From NCBI GenBank assembly GCA_017303895.1, contig JAFLBF010000014.1, positions 3,504 to 67,503 on the forward strand: a DNA stretch of 64,000 bases, read 5' to 3'. Below the pieces are notes generated by a model. It was not told where the DNA came from. It saw only the letters and a program-made list of their open reading frames with translations, and did no database searches. The stretch is from Bacteroidota bacterium (lineage in GTDB: Bacteria > Bacteroidota > Bacteroidia > 2-12-FULL-35-15). Of the stretch, positions 60,355 to 64,000 are shown piece by piece; positions within the stretch are counted from its first letter, which is position 1; the number at the start of each line of letters is the position of its first letter. The position numbers and the translations under genes are program-made.

Positions 60355-61138
60355 ACAGCTGTTTAAGAATACCTTTCATTCTTCTCAAAGTCATATTCAT
60401 CATCCCGGGAAACCCGATTACAAAGCCATGGCCATTTTGGTGGTGGTGGCACTTTCGCTTTCCCTCATCAAATACTTGGGTGATTTTAAGTTTGCGGTAA
60501 CTTTTCTTTCGCAAATCGGTTTGAATTATACGGCTTTGCAATTGGAAGACTGGTGTACCATTCATCCCAATGCAGGTTTTAACCGCTTGTTCTGGTGGGT
60601 GTCCAACGTGATCGTGTTTTATCTCATCCCGCCTTTTATACTCATTAAGTTTGTTTTTAAGGATGCATTTTCAGCGTATGGTCTTAGCTTAAAAGGAGCT
60701 TTTAAGGATTATAAATTGTACCTCATCATGCTGTTGGTGATGATCCCTTTGGTGCTTTATTTCTCGCGCACACAAAGCTTTCAGCAGCGCTATCCTTTTT
60801 ATGATCTTCAGGAAGGGGAGCCACTGTTCCCCAATTTTATTCTCTGGGAACTCATTTATTTTGTGCAGTTCTTTGCGCTGGAATTTTTCTTTCGTGGCTT
60901 CATGATCCACGGCACCAAGCAGGTGTTCGGTTTTTATTCGGTATTCGTTATGACCATTCCGTATTGTATGATCCACTTCGGAAAACCTTTCCCTGAAACC
61001 ATTGCAGCCATCATTGCGGGTGTGGTGCTGGGTGTGTTGAGTTTAAAAAGCAGAAGTATCTGGATGGGTGTTGCCATTCATTACAGTGTAGCCATCACCA
61101 TGGATCTTTGTTCACTTTATCAAAAAGGAATTCTCTGA
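60332..61138 (+). CDS. CPBP-family (CAAX protease-like) intramembrane metalloprotease.
   Basis: It has multiple TM helices with the EExxxR-like motif LEFFFRGF, FxxxH (MIHFG) and HxxxD (AIHYSVAITMD). It overlaps the previous gene. Alternative starts lie at 60338 and 60347. Confidence 0.6.
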   Translation: MIMSNMIKQLFKNTFHSSQSHIHHPGKPDYKAMAILVVVALSLSLIKYLGDFKFAVTFLSQIGLNYTALQLEDWCTIHPNAGFNRLFWWVSNVIVFYLIPPFILIKFVFKDAFSAYGLSLKGAFKDYKLYLIMLLVMIPLVLYFSRTQSFQQRYPFYDLQEGEPLFPNFILWELIYFVQFFALEFFFRGFMIHGTKQVFGFYSVFVMTIPYCMIHFGKPFPETIAAIIAGVVLGVLSLKSRSIWMGVAIHYSVAITMDLCSLYQKGIL

Positions 61139-62614
61139 TCATTCCATCTCGGCAATAGCAACGAGGATCTTTTCCAGTTTGCGTTTCATCTCGGTAGGAC
61201 TGCACTCATAATTATTGGCCAATACGGAGAATGATAATTGCTCTCCTTTTTTATTCTTTACATAACCGCAATAACCTCTGGCTCCGGTAATGTAACCGCT
61301 CTTGGCTCTTAAATTGTTTTCGGCAACAGTGCCTTCGCACAATCCACCCAATGATCCTGATTTTCCTGCCACCGGCAATGAATTGTAAAAAGGAAGGAAT
61401 GTTTTTTCTTTGGCAATGGCGCGCAATATTTGTGCTTGTGTTTTGGTGGTGATCACATTGGCGCGTGATAAACCACAACCATCGTTCATGGAAAATCCGC
61501 TGATGTCAACACCTTTGGCTTTCCAAAAGCTCTTCACGATCTCAATGCCATCCGTTTCTTTTCCTGCGCCTTTTTTATGATACGCCATGTATTTTAATAA
61601 ATGCTCGGCATACAGATTATCACTTTTCAAATTGGTGTAATACACAATTTTATCGAGCGGAGGCGAGTAGTGGGTATGCAATACTTTTCTATTCGCAAGC
61701 GCATACTCATTCTTGTCTTTTAATTGTTTAACGGTACTTGGTTTTTCGCTGATTTTGATGCCTATATTCTTCAACGCATCGTTTAATGCTTGTGCGCAGA
61801 ATAGGGAAGGATCGGGCAGGGAGCCTTCCACTTCATAATTGGTTTTGTTGGCAGGAATGGTGCCTTCGGCAAATCGTACATTGGAATAAGGCGAGCCATA
61901 GATCACGGCATTGTCGCCTTTGCCACCGGCCGTTACATAATTGTTGAAGATCAAACCTTTTACTTCCGGAAGAATCTTGTTCACCGTAGTGATGCTTCCT
62001 TCGGCTCCTGAATTATAATACACCGTGTATTTATTATCATTATAAGTCAAACCATTGGCACCCGCTCCGAAATAGTTGCCCATATCTCCCCAGATCCATT
62101 GCCCTGGCACCATATTGTCCTCAAAGATGCTTGCATCGGCAATCACCGCGCCATCAATTTGTTTGATGCCTTTTTGCTTCAGTATAGCAGCCCATTTTTC
62201 TACGGTTGTTAAACTGTCTTTTTTATCCTTGAAATATCCGGAGCCCAAGCTGGGATCACCACCACCCACAATATAGAGATTACCTTTGATGATGCCTTTG
62301 ATAGAATCGAAAGTGCCATCGTAGGAAAGTTTAGTCGTGAATTTAAAGTTAGCACCCAGCATTTCCAGTGCTGCGCCTGTGGTCACAATTTTCATGGTGC
62401 TGGCAGGCACCACACTTACTTGACTGTTATATTCTGCAACAACCGAATCTTTTGAATTGATCACACATACACTCCACACGGCATGTTTCAGGGCAGGATC
62501 ATTCTTGAGTGTATTGATCTCTTGCTTTAGTTTGTTTTGTGCAAACAGGTTGTCTGTTCTACCAATGATGAACAGTGATAGAAGCACTAAAAAGATATGT
62601 GACTGTTTTTTCAA
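61139..62614 (-). CDS. dacB: D-alanyl-D-alanine carboxypeptidase/endopeptidase (PBP4, peptidase S13).
   Basis: It has a signal peptide, an STMK SxxK active site (PASTMKIVT), an SDN motif (LKSDNLYAE) and a KSG motif (GKSGSLGG). Confidence 0.85.
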   Translation of the reverse strand: MKKQSHIFLVLLSLFIIGRTDNLFAQNKLKQEINTLKNDPALKHAVWSVCVINSKDSVVAEYNSQVSVVPASTMKIVTTGAALEMLGANFKFTTKLSYDGTFDSIKGIIKGNLYIVGGGDPSLGSGYFKDKKDSLTTVEKWAAILKQKGIKQIDGAVIADASIFEDNMVPGQWIWGDMGNYFGAGANGLTYNDNKYTVYYNSGAEGSITTVNKILPEVKGLIFNNYVTAGGKGDNAVIYGSPYSNVRFAEGTIPANKTNYEVEGSLPDPSLFCAQALNDALKNIGIKISEKPSTVKQLKDKNEYALANRKVLHTHYSPPLDKIVYYTNLKSDNLYAEHLLKYMAYHKKGAGKETDGIEIVKSFWKAKGVDISGFSMNDGCGLSRANVITTKTQAQILRAIAKEKTFLPFYNSLPVAGKSGSLGGLCEGTVAENNLRAKSGYITGARGYCGYVKNKKGEQLSFSVLANNYECSPTEMKRKLEKILVAIAEME

Positions 62615-62615
62615 A

Positions 62616-63047
62616 TTATGATTTTACGATCTCTATTACCGCCATCGTCAGACGGCTGATGCAAACTAGTTTTCCTTTTTCATCGCTGATCTCTATCGAC
62701 CATACATGTGTTTTCTTCCCGATATGGATCGGTTTGGCTTCTGCAAAAACAAAGCCACTGCTGGCAGGGCGAAGATGATTGGCATTGATGTCCAATCCCA
62801 CACAGGCATATCTGGAAGTGTCCACAATTAAGTTGGAACCAATACTTCCTAATGATTCCGCCAAGGCAACGGATGCGCCACCATGCAATATTTTCATAGG
62901 TTGTACCGTGCGGTGATCCACCGGCATTTTTCCTTTGATGCTGTTATCGGTCAATTCGGTGATCTCAATGCCAATGGCTTCGCACATGTTCTCTTTCAAC
63001 ATCCAGGCAAGATCAGGTAAGCTGTATGGTCTGAACCAAATACTCAT
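62616..63047 (-). CDS. PaaI/YbgC-like hotdog-fold thioesterase.
   Basis: It is 143 aa with the hotdog signature (LHGGASVALAESLGSIG ... VWSIEISDEKGKLVCISRLTMAV). Confidence 0.75.
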   Translation of the reverse strand: MSIWFRPYSLPDLAWMLKENMCEAIGIEITELTDNSIKGKMPVDHRTVQPMKILHGGASVALAESLGSIGSNLIVDTSRYACVGLDINANHLRPASSGFVFAEAKPIHIGKKTHVWSIEISDEKGKLVCISRLTMAVIEIVKS

Positions 63048-63165
63048 AGTTTTTAATTTTTTATAAAGTTAAGAATAAAATGCTTTATGGAATTCTTTTA
63101 AGGTCGGCATCTGTCATTTGTAATAATTCAAAACCATTGTCGTTTATCTCAAAAAAACTCTCACC

Positions 63166-64000
63166 ATGAAAACATCATCAAAAATTTATCTCACGCTTGT
63201 TACAATTTTAGCTTTAGCTGCTTGTAACGGAAAACTAAAAGAGGAAAACTATGCTGCTGATGCCGCGCCTCCTCCTGTTATGGATCAAGTTTCTTTCACC
63301 CCTCCGGATGTGTTGGAGAAAGAAGTTTTAGCAAATGCTAAAATGGATCAGACAGAAGCAACAGGCGAAGGACAAAGCGGAGTGACTACTAAAATACAAG
63401 TGAAGATCCCTTCCAAGATCCGCAAAACAGCTGACATTAACATTACCGTGGATGATTACAAAAAAGCACGCACCGAAATTGAAAAGATCATCAAGTCGGC
63501 CAATTCCTACATTGGCAATGAGAACGAACAACGCAACACTTACAGCATTTCCAATGATATGGTGATCCGTGTGGTGAACAAAGATTTTGAATCCATGGTG
63601 GATAAACTATTGGGTGTTGCCAAAGATGTGAATTCAAAGAGTGTTTCGGCTGAAGATGTAACAGCACAATTTGTGGACCTGCAAAGTCGTTTACGTTCGA
63701 AAAAAGAGATCGAGAAAAGATATTTGGATATCCTGCAAAAAGCCAATAAGGTGTCTGATATCTTAGAGATAGAGCAAAAAATAGGGGAGATCCGCGAAGA
63801 GATAGAAGCCAAAGAAGGAGAATTAAAATATTTAGCCGATCAGGTGGATTACAGCACCATCAACTTAACCTTTCATGAAGATTTTGAATACACACCTTCC
63901 GATAAACCGGGCTTTTGGGGTAGAGTAGGTACAGCTTTCGGAACAGGCTGGAACGGGTTTTTAAGTTTTCTGGTTGGAATGGTGTATGCTTGGCCTTTGT
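63166..64000 (+). CDS. DUF4349-like lipoprotein. It is partial and continues past the window end.
   Basis: ATG at 63166 with the lipobox LALAAC. The frame stays open to position 64000. The pattern (ITVDDYKKARTEIEKII...LQSRLRSKKEIEKRYLDIL...TINLTFHE) is DUF4349-like. It was not listed in the track because it has no stop in the window. Confidence 0.6.
   Translation, partial: MKTSSKIYLTLVTILALAACNGKLKEENYAADAAPPPVMDQVSFTPPDVLEKEVLANAKMDQTEATGEGQSGVTTKIQVKIPSKIRKTADINITVDDYKKARTEIEKIIKSANSYIGNENEQRNTYSISNDMVIRVVNKDFESMVDKLLGVAKDVNSKSVSAEDVTAQFVDLQSRLRSKKEIEKRYLDILQKANKVSDILEIEQKIGEIREEIEAKEGELKYLADQVDYSTINLTFHEDFEYTPSDKPGFWGRVGTAFGTGWNGFLSFLVGMVYAWPL

Noticed and set aside
63328-63812. Minus-strand ORFs 63328..63531 and 63540..63812.
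   Set aside because: They are overlapped by a plus-strand ORF that starts at 63166 with a lipoprotein signal and DUF4349-like pattern and stays open to the window end. The minus-strand products are low-complexity.

Overview
The window reads as a Bacteroidota chromosome segment, probably Sphingobacteriia or Chitinophagia-like. Supporting this are a PorQ-like gene, several proteins with T9SS C-terminal sorting domains, TAnnTTTG-type -7 promoter boxes, many FKBP lipoproteins, and the absence of strong Shine-Dalgarno sequences.

Positions 1 to about 46.4 kb are densely packed core genes, with rho-independent terminators at convergent gene ends. Recognisable products include lpdA (truncated at the window edge), an M61 peptidase, RidA, an LptD-like protein, an amidase, PorQ, NDH-2, RibD, PrmC, LigA, PDH E1-beta, a POT transporter, DPP-IV, a Crp/Fnr-controlled rhodanese/thioredoxin/OsmC cluster, Ndk, NrnA and four consecutive FKBP isomerase genes.

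A tRNA-Asp(GTC) lies on the minus strand at 46582-46655. To its right, from about 46.7 to 59.55 kb, is a visibly AT-richer accessory island with no integrase. It carries an IS1380-family transposase, small secreted or membrane hypothetical proteins and an XRE regulator. It also carries a DUF4238 protein, an RteC-like protein, a HEPN/AbiV-like protein and a MazF/PemK-like toxin with an atypical upstream partner. The most notable item is a two-gene cassette encoding an N-terminal HNH-motif protein and a small GIY-YIG nuclease. This cassette is bracketed by two imperfect direct repeats of about 142 bp, each containing a perfect palindrome.

Core genes resume at about 59.6 kb: a CPBP protease, PBP4/DacB, a PaaI thioesterase and a DUF4349 lipoprotein that runs off the window end. 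No CRISPR array or rRNA was found. All functional calls rest on motif and family recognition by eye, not on searches.
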